Source: Candidatus Komeilibacteria bacterium RIFOXYD1_FULL_37_29 (GTDB lineage: Bacteria > Patescibacteriota > Patescibacteriia > UBA1558 > GWA2-36-10). Taken from it: a stretch of DNA of 64,000 nt. Numbering within the stretch: the stretch's first letter is position 1; the number at the start of each line of letters is the position of its first letter. The notes under the pieces are model-generated. The model made no database searches. It saw nothing but the letters and a program-made list of their open reading frames with translations, and was not told the origin of the DNA. Location: positions 116,188-180,187 of the forward strand of contig MHKS01000005.1 of assembly GCA_001818495.1 (NCBI GenBank), read 5' to 3'. Made by a program: the position numbers and the translations under genes. Positions 1-9,015 of the stretch are shown piece by piece.

Positions 1-687
1 GATGAGATTCACCGGCTCAATAAAACTATTGAAGAGATCTTGTATCCAGCTATGGAGGATTTTGCTTTAGATATTATTTTGGGTAAGGGGCCGTCCGCTC
101 AGATTTTGCGTTTGGATTTGCCGAGATTCACTCTGATTGGAGCCACCACTAGATACAATTTGATTTCCTCTCCACTAAGAGATAGGTTTGGCATTACTTT
201 TCGTTTGGATTTTTATAAAAGTGAAGAGCTGGCCAAAATTATTAAAAGGGCCGCTAGTATCTTGGCTATTGAAATTGATGATCAAGCCACACTGGAGATT
301 GCTAGCCGTAGTCGGGCTACACCGCGTATTGCCAATCGTATTTTGAAACGTGTGCGCGACTTTGCTCAAGTCAAAGGAGATGGTCGTATTCGTCACGACT
401 TGGCCAAGCAAGCTCTAGATTTGATGGCTATAGACCAAAAAGGCCTAGATGATTTGGATAGAAAACTGCTTTATGTTTTGGTAGAAAATTTTTCCGGCGG
501 TCCAGTGGGCTTAAATACCTTAGCTGCCTCTGTCCAGGAAGAAGCCGGCACTATTGAAGAAATATTTGAGCCATATTTGATGCAACTTGGATTATTATCT
601 CGTACTTCCCAGGGTCGAGTAGCTACGGAAAATACCTATAAATATTTAGGAATCAAGCGGCCGGAAGATAAGAATAGATTATTTTAA
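1..687 (+). CDS. ruvB: Holliday junction helicase RuvB, 3' portion (5' end lies upstream of the window)
   Basis: The reading frame is open from nt 1 ([21 protein letters not shown]...[19 protein letters not shown]...). It has a RuvB AAA+ lid and a C-terminal winged-helix domain, and stops with TAA at 685-687. Confidence 0.85.
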   Translation, partial: DEIHRLNKTIEEILYPAMEDFALDIILGKGPSAQILRLDLPRFTLIGATTRYNLISSPLRDRFGITFRLDFYKSEELAKIIKRAASILAIEIDDQATLEIASRSRATPRIANRILKRVRDFAQVKGDGRIRHDLAKQALDLMAIDQKGLDDLDRKLLYVLVENFSGGPVGLNTLAASVQEEAGTIEEIFEPYLMQLGLLSRTSQGRVATENTYKYLGIKRPEDKNRLF

Positions 688-690
688 GCC

Positions 691-1254
691 ATGAAGCCTA
701 GATTATTATTACACGCTTGTTGTGCTTCTTGTTCTATTTATGTTTTAGACCAGTTAGCCAAAGATTACGAGCTTAGCATATTTTTTTATGATCCCAATAT
801 TCATCCCCGGATGGAATATCTTAAAAGACGAGACGAGCTGAAAAATTATGCCCAAAAAATTGGTGTTAGTTTTAGTGAAGGTGAATATGACACTGATAAT
901 TGGTTTTTAAAAACTAAAGGTTTAGAAAACGAGCCAGAGCGCGGTAAAAGATGTGAAGTTTGCTTTGATATTCGACTTTCAAAAACTGCTCAAAAAGCCC
1001 AAGAGGAAAAATATGAGTTCTGGACAACAGCGATGAGTATTTCTCCCCATAAAGACGTTGATCAAATAAATATGGTTGGCCGTCGCTTGGCGGATTTTTA
1101 TGGCGTTAGATTTTTAGTGGCTGATTTTAAAAAAGACAATGGTTTTAAAATTGCTGCTCAGCTGAGTAAAGATGAGGGATTTTATCGGCAGGATTATTGC
1201 GGCTGTATTTATTCTAAAATTGCCAAAGTCAGAAGAAAGATTAACATTGTATGA
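691..1254 (+). CDS. queH: epoxyqueuosine reductase QueH (DUF208 family)
   Basis: The N-terminal LLLHACCASCS cysteine cluster and CEVCF / CGC motifs are typical of QueH. It sits immediately upstream of queA and overlaps it. Confidence 0.65.
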   Translation: MKPRLLLHACCASCSIYVLDQLAKDYELSIFFYDPNIHPRMEYLKRRDELKNYAQKIGVSFSEGEYDTDNWFLKTKGLENEPERGKRCEVCFDIRLSKTAQKAQEEKYEFWTTAMSISPHKDVDQINMVGRRLADFYGVRFLVADFKKDNGFKIAAQLSKDEGFYRQDYCGCIYSKIAKVRRKINIV

Positions 1255-2303
1255 AAATTGATCTATTTGATTATAAACTACCCAAGGAACTGATAGCCCA
1301 AAAACAAATAAAACCGCGTGATCATTCGCGGCTTTTAATATTGGACCGAACGAAACAAAAAATAGCCCATCGACACTTTTATGATTTATTGGATTATCTG
1401 ACAGCCAATGATGTTTTGGTCATCAACCAAACTAAGGTGTTTCCGGCTAGGTTGTATGGTTATAAAACCAGTGGTGGTAAAGTAGAAGTGTTATTGACTA
1501 TTCAGGAAAGAAATGGCGTTTGGTCAGCACTAATTGGTGCTCGTCATATGAAAGTAGGTGATTATATTTATTTTCAGAAAGGTTTAGAAGCCAAGATTAT
1601 CAAAGACTTGGACGGCAAAACCAAACAAATCAAATTTAATTTGGCTGGTCAGAGATTAAATAAGTTGATAGATCAAATTGGCCATACACCACTGCCTCCT
1701 TATATTAAAACCAAAGATAGCCAGGCAGTAAAAAAGGATTATCAAACGGTTTATGCTAAGTTTTCCGGCAGTGCGGCAGCGCCGACCGCTGGTTTGCATT
1801 TTACTAGTAGCTTGCTGGAAGAAATTAAGAAAAAGGGAGTAAAAATTTTTAAAGTGACTCTGCATGTTGGTCTGGGGACTTTTGCACCAGTTCTAGTCGA
1901 TGATATTTTACAGCACAAAATACATCAGGAGTGGGCCAGTATTGATCAGTCAACAGCTCAGAGTTTAAATAAACTTAAAAAATCTGGCAAAAATATTATT
2001 GCAGTGGGCACTACCAGCGCGCGGACACTAGAGGCCTTTACTAATTCTCGGAGGCAACTGGCGAGCGGTTCTAAGTGGGTGGATATTTATATTTATCCGG
2101 GTTATCGCTATAAATTTGTCGATGATTTGATTACTAATTTTCATTTACCAAAAAGCTCCCTGCTTTTTATGGTCTCAGCTTTAGCTAGTCGGGAACTGGT
2201 TTTAAAAGCTTATCGGAAAGCTATTCAATTGCGCTATAGATTTTTTTCCTTTGGTGATGCTATGTTTATCAGGAATTCGTCTACGAAGACGAAGTCTAAG
2301 TAG
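1251..2303 (+). CDS. queA: S-adenosylmethionine:tRNA ribosyltransferase-isomerase QueA
   Basis: The N-terminus MKIDLFDYKLPKELIAQKQIKPRDHSRLLIL and the internal TAGLHFT..GVK..VTLHVGLGTF segment are QueA hallmarks. Confidence 0.85.
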   Translation: MKIDLFDYKLPKELIAQKQIKPRDHSRLLILDRTKQKIAHRHFYDLLDYLTANDVLVINQTKVFPARLYGYKTSGGKVEVLLTIQERNGVWSALIGARHMKVGDYIYFQKGLEAKIIKDLDGKTKQIKFNLAGQRLNKLIDQIGHTPLPPYIKTKDSQAVKKDYQTVYAKFSGSAAAPTAGLHFTSSLLEEIKKKGVKIFKVTLHVGLGTFAPVLVDDILQHKIHQEWASIDQSTAQSLNKLKKSGKNIIAVGTTSARTLEAFTNSRRQLASGSKWVDIYIYPGYRYKFVDDLITNFHLPKSSLLFMVSALASRELVLKAYRKAIQLRYRFFSFGDAMFIRNSSTKTKSK

Positions 2304-2377
2304 TTACAAATTCCTGATCCCGTCTTTGGCGGTATAAAAATAGATTATAATTTTTAGTTAATAAATTTAATAAAAAA

Positions 2378-2414
2378 GGAAAGAGGCACCTTTTAAGGGG
2401 TGCCTCTTATTGTT
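2378..2414. terminator. bidirectional rho-independent terminator between queA (+) and the 2431..2994 (-) gene
   Basis: Hairpin agaggcacc-tttta-aggggtgcctct flanked by A-run and T-run. Confidence 0.5.
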
Positions 2415-2430
2415 TTGGCTTAGCCAGAGA

Positions 2431-2994
2431 TCATACAAAGATAATCAGGGTGCACATAATAGAGCATATCAGGAAAGCCAGTAGGTGGCTCCACTGTGTG
2501 CTTGGTTCGGGGTCTGTTTCGTTCCATTCTTTTGTTACTGTACCATCTTTGTCGGTGGCCTCTTTGACAAGATAACGACGTTGCATACAGTTGCGTCTGG
2601 TCAGCCAGATGAACATGAGAACAACCACGAAAAACAACGGGATACCGACGACAGCTTGTATTAGATCGCTACCGATGACTTTATAAGCCACCAAAAACAT
2701 GGTGAATTTGCCAACATCAGTTTTGGCAAACTGATCAGTCCTTTCAGTCAACGCTGAAAGAGCGCCGTCGACTGCCGAGCCGATCTCTTTGCCGAGTCCA
2801 ACCCACTCGCCAGCTTGTTCGACCGTGGATTTAGTACGATCGAGGGTGGCCTGGGCTTCAGCCTGGGCGATCTGTTCGGGGGTGAGTAGACTTTTGTCTA
2901 CTACGATTTTGTTGGTCTGACCCTGCTGTTGGGCCAAAACATTGGTGGTCACCAGTAACATGACCATAGCCAGAAACATTGTAAAGTACTTCAC
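2431..2994 (-). CDS. hypothetical secreted/membrane protein (signal peptide plus two predicted TM helices); GC-rich gene
   Basis: N-terminal MKYFTMFLAMVMLLVTTNVLA signal-like segment and hydrophobic stretches near the C-terminus. GC content is clearly above the neighbours. A consensus-like promoter lies upstream on the minus strand. Confidence 0.5.
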   Translation of the reverse strand: MKYFTMFLAMVMLLVTTNVLAQQQGQTNKIVVDKSLLTPEQIAQAEAQATLDRTKSTVEQAGEWVGLGKEIGSAVDGALSALTERTDQFAKTDVGKFTMFLVAYKVIGSDLIQAVVGIPLFFVVVLMFIWLTRRNCMQRRYLVKEATDKDGTVTKEWNETDPEPSTQWSHLLAFLICSIMCTLIIFV

Positions 2995-3052
2995 TAGAAC
3001 CTCCTCGTTAATCGACCTTTGGTCGGTTAGTTAGTTTCAGGGTAATTGTCGA

Positions 3053-3081
3053 TTTATATCATATTTTATATATTTTGTCAA
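3053..3081 (-). promoter_or_regulatory. sigma70-like promoter (TTGACA-N16-TATAAA) for the 2431..2994 gene
   Basis: Minus-strand TTGACAAAAT... -35 box followed by a TATAAA -10, about 60 nt upstream of the start. Confidence 0.4.
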
Positions 3082-3112
3082 TATATTAATGGTAGTAATT
3101 ATTTATAATAAA

Positions 3113-3150
3113 AAAGAATTCCACCTGCCCCAATGTAGGTGGAATTCTAG
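3113..3150 (-). terminator. rho-independent terminator on the minus strand
   Basis: Perfect 11-bp inverted repeat gaattccacct/aggtggaattc with a 10-nt loop, followed on the minus strand by TTTTTTATTAT. Confidence 0.55.
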
Positions 3151-3502
3151 TACACTTCCATGTCCATATTCAATTGTATTAATGATTATCTTTGTCTTAA
3201 GTATCAGACAAGTAATTTTTATTTTTTAATTGGTGCTTTGTATGGAGCACGTTTTACTTATATGGATATTTGGGACAAAGAATTTATAACAAAGAACTAA
3301 GATACTTTTATTATAGCACATTTTGCCAATTTTACGTACGAGTGTAGTGAGTACTTGTAAAATTGAGCATCCCGCGTAGCTTTAGCGAAGCGGGATTAAC
3401 ACATATTTTTTTTGTTTATGTTTTATGCTAGATGCGACTTTGCGTAGCAACGGAGCAGTCTGCATAAAACATTCACAAGAATTTGAAATTAAGAAGATAT
3501 TT

Positions 3503-4564
3503 TTAATTGAAGTGAAAATGCACGGTATCTCCATCACGCATGATATAATCTTTTCCTTCCATACGCATATGGCCGGCTTCTCGCCCTTTGTTCCAGGCAC
3601 CATCATTTAAGAGATTTTGCCAGTCAATCACTTCCGCTCGAATAAAACCTTTTTCAAAATCAGTATGAATTACACCGGCCGCTTGTGGCGCTTTAGTTCC
3701 TTTGGTAATGGTCCACGCTTTGGTTTCTTCTGGGCCAGTGGTGATAAAGGTAATTAAATCAAGCAATTTATAGCTGGCCGTAATGAGATTATCCAAACCA
3801 CTACAAGTTATGCCCAATTCTTTCATATATTCTTTGGCTTCAGCTTCTTCTAAATCAGCTAGTTCAGCTTCGGTTTTGGCGCAAATGGAAATAGACCCCT
3901 CTGGTAGATGAAGATCCTTTCCAACTGCGACTTCGTCAATATTGTATAAATAGATAATTGGTTTATTACTCAAAAGATTTAATTGGCGGCTCAATTTTTT
4001 TTCTTCGTCGTTTAATTCTAGTTTATTGAGCAACTGGTTATTCTCTAGATGATTTTTGATTTTTTCCATCAGAATTTTTTCTTTTTCCAGAATTTTATCA
4101 TAAGGACCCTTCATTTTGGAAACAATTTTTTGTAGGTGTTTGGTCACTACTTCTAAGTCAGCCATAATCAGTTCTAGATTGATAATTTCTTTGTCATATT
4201 CTGGATCAATATTGCCGTGAACATGAGTGACGTTGGGATCGCTAAAACTTCGGATGACCTGCACTATGGCATCAACCTCGCGGATGTTTGATAAAAATTT
4301 ATTACCCAAGCCCTCACCCAAAGAAGCTCCTTTAACCAATCCAGCGATATCGACAAACTCAATAGTAGTCGGCACAATCTTGGCTGATTTGGACATAACG
4401 GCTAGCTTATTCAAACGGTCGTCTGGCACCGCTACCACTCCTACATTGGGATCAATAGTACAAAAAGGGTAGTTAGACGCTTCCACCTTGTTTTTGGTCA
4501 GGGCTTGAAATAGGGTGGATTTACCGACATTGGGCAGTCCGACAATTCCCAGAGAAAATGACAT
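3503..4564 (-). CDS. ychF: ribosome-binding ATPase YchF (Obg-family GTPase with TGS domain)
   Basis: [24 protein letters not shown]-loop, [19 protein letters not shown], and a C-terminal TGS-like end ...[11 protein letters not shown]. Confidence 0.9.
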   Translation of the reverse strand: MSFSLGIVGLPNVGKSTLFQALTKNKVEASNYPFCTIDPNVGVVAVPDDRLNKLAVMSKSAKIVPTTIEFVDIAGLVKGASLGEGLGNKFLSNIREVDAIVQVIRSFSDPNVTHVHGNIDPEYDKEIINLELIMADLEVVTKHLQKIVSKMKGPYDKILEKEKILMEKIKNHLENNQLLNKLELNDEEKKLSRQLNLLSNKPIIYLYNIDEVAVGKDLHLPEGSISICAKTEAELADLEEAEAKEYMKELGITCSGLDNLITASYKLLDLITFITTGPEETKAWTITKGTKAPQAAGVIHTDFEKGFIRAEVIDWQNLLNDGAWNKGREAGHMRMEGKDYIMRDGDTVHFHFN

Positions 4565-4781
4565 AAATATTTTATTGGTTTAAATTGATAATAACAAACC
4601 AAATTAAATCATAAAGCCCATAAAAAGGCAATATCATTTTTATAAAATATTAAATAAAACAAACGTTGCGCTGGCGGAAAATTGCATTTTCCGAGGCTTA
4701 CTTGTTATTTTATTTAATATTTTATAGCTGATGTTTTATAGTTGGCTTTATTTGTTTATTTGGGCTATAATATTTTTACTT

Positions 4782-6779
4782 ATGAGGACTTTGGATTTTA
4801 AAAAAGAATTAAATCAAGAGCAATACGCGGTGGTCACAGCCACTGGCGGGCCACATTTAGTTTTGGCTGGCGCTGGGTCAGGTAAAACCAGAACTCTGAC
4901 TTATCGAGCTGCTTGGCTTATCAGTCAAGGCGTCAGTCCAGACAAAATACTACTTTTAACTTTTACCAATAAAGCGGCCGCCGAGATGATGGGCCGAGTC
5001 AAAAAATTACTGGGTCTAAAAGACAACGCCAAATTGCCGCTGTGGGGTGGGACTTTTCATTCTATTGCCAATCGGTTGCTGAGATTTTATGGAAAAAATA
5101 TTGATATTAGCTCCGATTTTACTATTTTAGATAGCGCCGATAGTGATAACTTTTTAAAATTGATTGCTAAAGACTATCTTGGCTCTTTGTCTAAAAAACA
5201 TCGTCCTTCTCCAGGAATGCTCCGGGAGACTATTAGTTTTGCTACAAATTCTGACATTAGTATTGCCGAAAGTTTGGAAACAAAATTTTCCGAATGGCTG
5301 CCACTTTTGGAAAATATAGAAAAAATTGCTAGTGAATATCAAAGACGAAAAAAAATAGCCAATGTTTTGGATTTTGATGACTTGTTAGTTTTTTGGAAAA
5401 AATTGACCGAGCAGTCTAAAGTCGGGAAAATTTTACAAAATAAATGGGAATATGTATTGGTTGACGAATACCAGGACACCAATACCATCCAAGCCGAAAT
5501 TATTTTTAATTTAACGCGCTCGCACGGAAATATATTGGCGGTTGGTGATGATGCTCAAAGCATTTATTCTTTTCGGGCGGCGGACATTAAAAATATTTTG
5601 CAGTTTCCGGAAAAATTTTCTAACACCACTATCCATAAATTAGAAACCAATTATCGTTCCACACCAGAAATACTAGATGTGGCCAATCAGATTATTTCCG
5701 CCAACGTCAAACAATTTGCTAAAAATCTCAAAGCAGTTAAAGAATCCCATGTCAGGCCGGAATTAGTAGCGCTCATGAGTCCGACACAGGAGGCAAATTT
5801 TGTTGCTGACAGGATAGAACAGCATTTAGAGCGTGGTATCCGGCCGGATCAAATCGCAGTTTTATTTAGAGCGGCGGCTTATAGCCAAAATTTGGAAATG
5901 GAGCTTAATCGCCGGGGAATAAATTATGAAATCAGAGGAGGCTTGAGATTTTTTGAAAGAGCCCATATTAAAGATGTTTTGTCTTATCTAAAGATAGTTG
6001 GTAATTTTAAGGACGAAGTTTCCTGGCTGAGAATTTTACAAATGCAGGAAGGCATTGGTCCGATTACGGCTTATCGGATTTATCAGCAGATTTTACAAAT
6101 CGGTGATTTATCCCAGCTCAGACAAGCAGATTTTAATATGGCTGATAAAGCTGGGATCTCTTGGGATAAGCTGTTGTTTGTTTTTGAAGAGCTGTTAAAA
6201 CACCAAAAAAGTAATGTCAGCCAATTGATTAATATTATTATAGAATTTTATCATCCCCATCTTCAGGAAAGTTTTTCTGATTATAGACAGCGACAGGATG
6301 ATTTGGAACAATTGACTATCTTTGCCTCTACTTATAAGGATTTAGCCTTATTTTTAAATGAGATTAGTTTACAAGAGAGTTTTTCCGGTCGGGAGTCTCA
6401 AAAAAAAGAGGATAATGTAGTCTTAAGCACTGTTCATCAAGCCAAAGGCTTGGAGTGGGAAGCGGTTTTTGTGATTAATATGACCGATCAATCCTTCCCC
6501 CATCCTTTGTGTGTCAGAGAAGAAGAAAGAGAAGAAGAAAGACGTCTTTTTTATGTAGCCTCAACTAGAGCTAGTCGTTATCTTTATTTGACTTATCCTT
6601 TGGCTATGTTTAGATATGATGGTTACCAGTCTTTAAAACCTTCACCGTTTTTGTCAGATATTGATAGTAATTTATTACATCACAATGATTTAGCCAGGAG
6701 TGCCACTTATGCCGCTGAAGACGGTGTAGAATATGTGGCTGATCCGGACGGGTTTTTACCAGACGTCAGTGACTGGTAA
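4782..6779 (+). CDS. pcrA: UvrD/PcrA-type superfamily-1 DNA helicase
   Basis: LVLAGAGSGKTRTLTYR (motif I), TFTNKAAAEM, GTFHS, VLVDEYQDTN (motif II), AVGDDAQSIYSFRAA, TNYRSTPEIL, TVHQAKGLEW. The start is set at the Met after an internal TATAAT box; the ORF as drawn from 4731 would add 17 hydrophobic residues. Confidence 0.8.
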   Translation: MRTLDFKKELNQEQYAVVTATGGPHLVLAGAGSGKTRTLTYRAAWLISQGVSPDKILLLTFTNKAAAEMMGRVKKLLGLKDNAKLPLWGGTFHSIANRLLRFYGKNIDISSDFTILDSADSDNFLKLIAKDYLGSLSKKHRPSPGMLRETISFATNSDISIAESLETKFSEWLPLLENIEKIASEYQRRKKIANVLDFDDLLVFWKKLTEQSKVGKILQNKWEYVLVDEYQDTNTIQAEIIFNLTRSHGNILAVGDDAQSIYSFRAADIKNILQFPEKFSNTTIHKLETNYRSTPEILDVANQIISANVKQFAKNLKAVKESHVRPELVALMSPTQEANFVADRIEQHLERGIRPDQIAVLFRAAAYSQNLEMELNRRGINYEIRGGLRFFERAHIKDVLSYLKIVGNFKDEVSWLRILQMQEGIGPITAYRIYQQILQIGDLSQLRQADFNMADKAGISWDKLLFVFEELLKHQKSNVSQLINIIIEFYHPHLQESFSDYRQRQDDLEQLTIFASTYKDLALFLNEISLQESFSGRESQKKEDNVVLSTVHQAKGLEWEAVFVINMTDQSFPHPLCVREEEREEERRLFYVASTRASRYLYLTYPLAMFRYDGYQSLKPSPFLSDIDSNLLHHNDLARSATYAAEDGVEYVADPDGFLPDVSDW

Positions 6780-6831
6780 TTGGTGGTTTATTTGTTATAA
6801 TTTAAGTAGGGTATTTAGACACTAAATTTAA

Positions 6832-7623
6832 ATGACAGAGAAGAAAGATAAAATAGTTTTTGACCTGGAGACTCAAAAAACTTTTGATGAGGTCGGTGGA
6901 CACCACAATAGTCATAAGCTGGGAGTTTCTTTGGTTGGTGTTTATTCCTATAACAAAGATAAATATCGTGGTTTTAAAGAAGAGGAGCTGGGAGAAGTTT
7001 TGGAGCTTTTTAAAAATGCCGAACTGCTGATTGGTTTTAATAGTAAGAGTTTTGATCTGACAGTCCTTCAGCCGTATTTTAAAGATTTTGATTTGCGCAC
7101 TATTCCCCATTTGGATATTTTGGAAGAAGTCGTTTATGCCTTGGGGCACCGCTTAAAATTGGAAAGCGTAGCTCAGAGCACTTTGGGCTATGGTAAATCC
7201 GGCTCAGGGTTGGATGCTATTATGTATTATCGCAATCAGGATTGGGATAATTTGATCAGATATTGTCTAGACGATGTCAAAGTAACCAAAGAAGTTTATG
7301 AATATGGACTGTCACATGGTAATATCTGGTATCACAATGCTGGTCGTAAAGAAAAAATAGTGGCTCGTTGGGGTCAGGGGCAGGAGCTGACAATTTTGGA
7401 TAAAATTAAAGAAGCTTTAATCAAAGGTCAGCAGGTAGAAATAGAATATATGGACGAAAAAGGTGAAACCACTATTAGAAAAATTGATATACAAAATATT
7501 AATGGTAATAAAATAAAAGCTTTTTGTCATCTGCGGGATGCTGTCCGTTTTTTTGAACTAGACCGAATAAAAAATATGAAAGTGACAGGGCAAATGAATT
7601 CTTGGCAAAATACATTATTGTAA
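6832..7623 (+). CDS. predicted 3'-5' exonuclease (RNase H-like/DEDD fold) fused to a C-terminal WYL domain
   Basis: N-terminus IVFDLETQKTFDEVGG is an Exo I-like motif, and there are later acidic motifs (CLDDVKV). The C-terminus VEIEYMDEKGETTIRKIDIQNI...AFCHLRDAVRFFELDRIKNMKV has a WYL-domain-like pattern. Confidence 0.5.
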   Translation: MTEKKDKIVFDLETQKTFDEVGGHHNSHKLGVSLVGVYSYNKDKYRGFKEEELGEVLELFKNAELLIGFNSKSFDLTVLQPYFKDFDLRTIPHLDILEEVVYALGHRLKLESVAQSTLGYGKSGSGLDAIMYYRNQDWDNLIRYCLDDVKVTKEVYEYGLSHGNIWYHNAGRKEKIVARWGQGQELTILDKIKEALIKGQQVEIEYMDEKGETTIRKIDIQNINGNKIKAFCHLRDAVRFFELDRIKNMKVTGQMNSWQNTLL

Positions 7624-7694
7624 AGTAATTAACACTCGCCTTGGTGGGTGTTTTTTTTGATTGATTTAATTTTAGATGGAGGCCGGGGATTGGG

Positions 7695-7722
7695 TTGACA
7701 AAAAGTGTATTTATTGTATAAT
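7695..7722 (+). promoter_or_regulatory. consensus sigma70 promoter TTGACA-N16-TGTATAAT
   Basis: TTGACA at 7695-7700 and an extended -10 TGTATAAT ending at 7722. It lies inside the longest six-frame ORF, so the real start must be downstream of it. Confidence 0.5.
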
Positions 7723-7786
7723 AATTGGTTATAGCTTAGTACAATTACACAATTTAGCGGGGTCTTACGGCTCTATAGGAGGATTT

Positions 7787-8122
7787 TTGAATAAGCTAAT
7801 GGTTGTTGCAGTTGTGGCATTAATTTGCTGCTTAATTGTTTTGTCTGGTTGTGAAAGTAAACAGAGCGAAGCGGAAAGACAGCGAGTTGCTCGGATGAAT
7901 GAACAGCTCAGTCGGGCTTATAACAGTGATATTCTAGAGATGCGCGACGGGAGCTTTGCTCTGGTGACCGGCCAAAACGATTTTGGCCTAGTGATCAGAT
8001 ATGCTATTGGAGCCAGCGGTCGGCAAAGCTACGAAACACTTTCGGAGAGGGTCATAGCTGTTTATACCAAAGATCACCCTGATCGTTGTCAGATTCTCGA
8101 GAAATTTATCGCGTCTTTCTGA
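7787..8122 (+). CDS. small lipoprotein (TTG start; lipobox LSGC), GC-rich gene
   Basis: AGGAGG is 5 nt upstream of TTG 7787. The signal peptide MNKLMVVAVVALICCLIVLSG-C has a lipobox. GC content is markedly higher than the flanking genes. A strong terminator lies downstream. Confidence 0.5.
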   Translation: MNKLMVVAVVALICCLIVLSGCESKQSEAERQRVARMNEQLSRAYNSDILEMRDGSFALVTGQNDFGLVIRYAIGASGRQSYETLSERVIAVYTKDHPDRCQILEKFIASF

Positions 8123-8134
8123 CGCAATAAACAG

Positions 8135-8170
8135 GCCGGTCGTCACGTCAAACATGACGACCGGCTTTTA
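8135..8170. terminator. rho-independent terminator (11-bp perfect stem)
   Basis: gccggtcgtca-cgtcaaaca-tgacgaccggc followed by TTTTAAAATT; it lies between convergent genes. Confidence 0.6.
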
Positions 8171-8178
8171 AAATTGAT

Positions 8179-9015
8179 TTATTTTCTGAGCTTAGCTAGT
8201 TTGACGGTGTTATAAAGTAGCATCGCGACTGTCATAGGCCCAACTCCACCTGGTACTGGAGTAATAAACTTGGCTTTGGGGAAAACAGTACTATAGTCCA
8301 CATCGCCTATTATATAATTTTTATCTATTTTATTGGTGCCCACATCAATGACAATAACATCTTTTTTGACCATATTTTCTTTAATCAAAAATGGCTGGCC
8401 ACAGGAAACAATCAATATATCAGCCCGAGAAGTAATGACCCCCAAGTTTTTATCTTGCGGATTGACAATGACTACTTTAGCTTGACGGTCTGTGAGAATT
8501 TTACTCATCGGTTTACAGAAAACATGACTTTTGGAAACAATCACTGCTTCTTTGCCTTGGATATCTTCTTGGGTTTCTTCAATTAAGCGTAATATTCCCA
8601 AAGGCAGGCCAGGAGTGATACGAGCTTTGTTTTTTAAAAAGTTTTTGATGTTTTGTGGATGAAAACCATCAACGTCTTTTTTAGGATCAATGGCTTTGAT
8701 TATTTTGTCAGTGTCAAATTTTTCCGGCAGGGGTAACTGCACCAAGATAGCATCGATATCCTCGTCTTTATTTAAAAAATCTATTGTTTGCAAAATTTCG
8801 CTCTCATCAACTGACGCCATTAGTAAATACTCGTGAAAATTAATGCCAACATCTCGGGAGGCGATTTTCTTTTTGGCTACATAAAGTTGACTGGCTGGAT
8901 CTTGACCAACCAAAATAATAGCCAAACCAGGCGTTAGGTGCTGGTCGCTAATTTCTTTTCTAAGATTGGATTGTATTTTTTCGGCCAGTATTTTGCCGTC
9001 TAAAATTTTATTCAT
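8179..9015 (-). CDS. folD: bifunctional methylenetetrahydrofolate dehydrogenase/methenyl-THF cyclohydrolase FolD
   Basis: [15 protein letters not shown]..., the ...VGQDPASQLYV... segment, and the C-terminal PVPGGVGPMTVAMLLYNTV. Confidence 0.9.
   Translation of the reverse strand: MNKILDGKILAEKIQSNLRKEISDQHLTPGLAIILVGQDPASQLYVAKKKIASRDVGINFHEYLLMASVDESEILQTIDFLNKDEDIDAILVQLPLPEKFDTDKIIKAIDPKKDVDGFHPQNIKNFLKNKARITPGLPLGILRLIEETQEDIQGKEAVIVSKSHVFCKPMSKILTDRQAKVVIVNPQDKNLGVITSRADILIVSCGQPFLIKENMVKKDVIVIDVGTNKIDKNYIIGDVDYSTVFPKAKFITPVPGGVGPMTVAMLLYNTVKLAKLRK

Noticed and set aside
3382-3610. 74-aa and 61-aa ORFs in the ychF downstream region
   Set aside because: They overlap the ychF 3' end and terminator region, have no RBS, and have AT-rich low-complexity translations.
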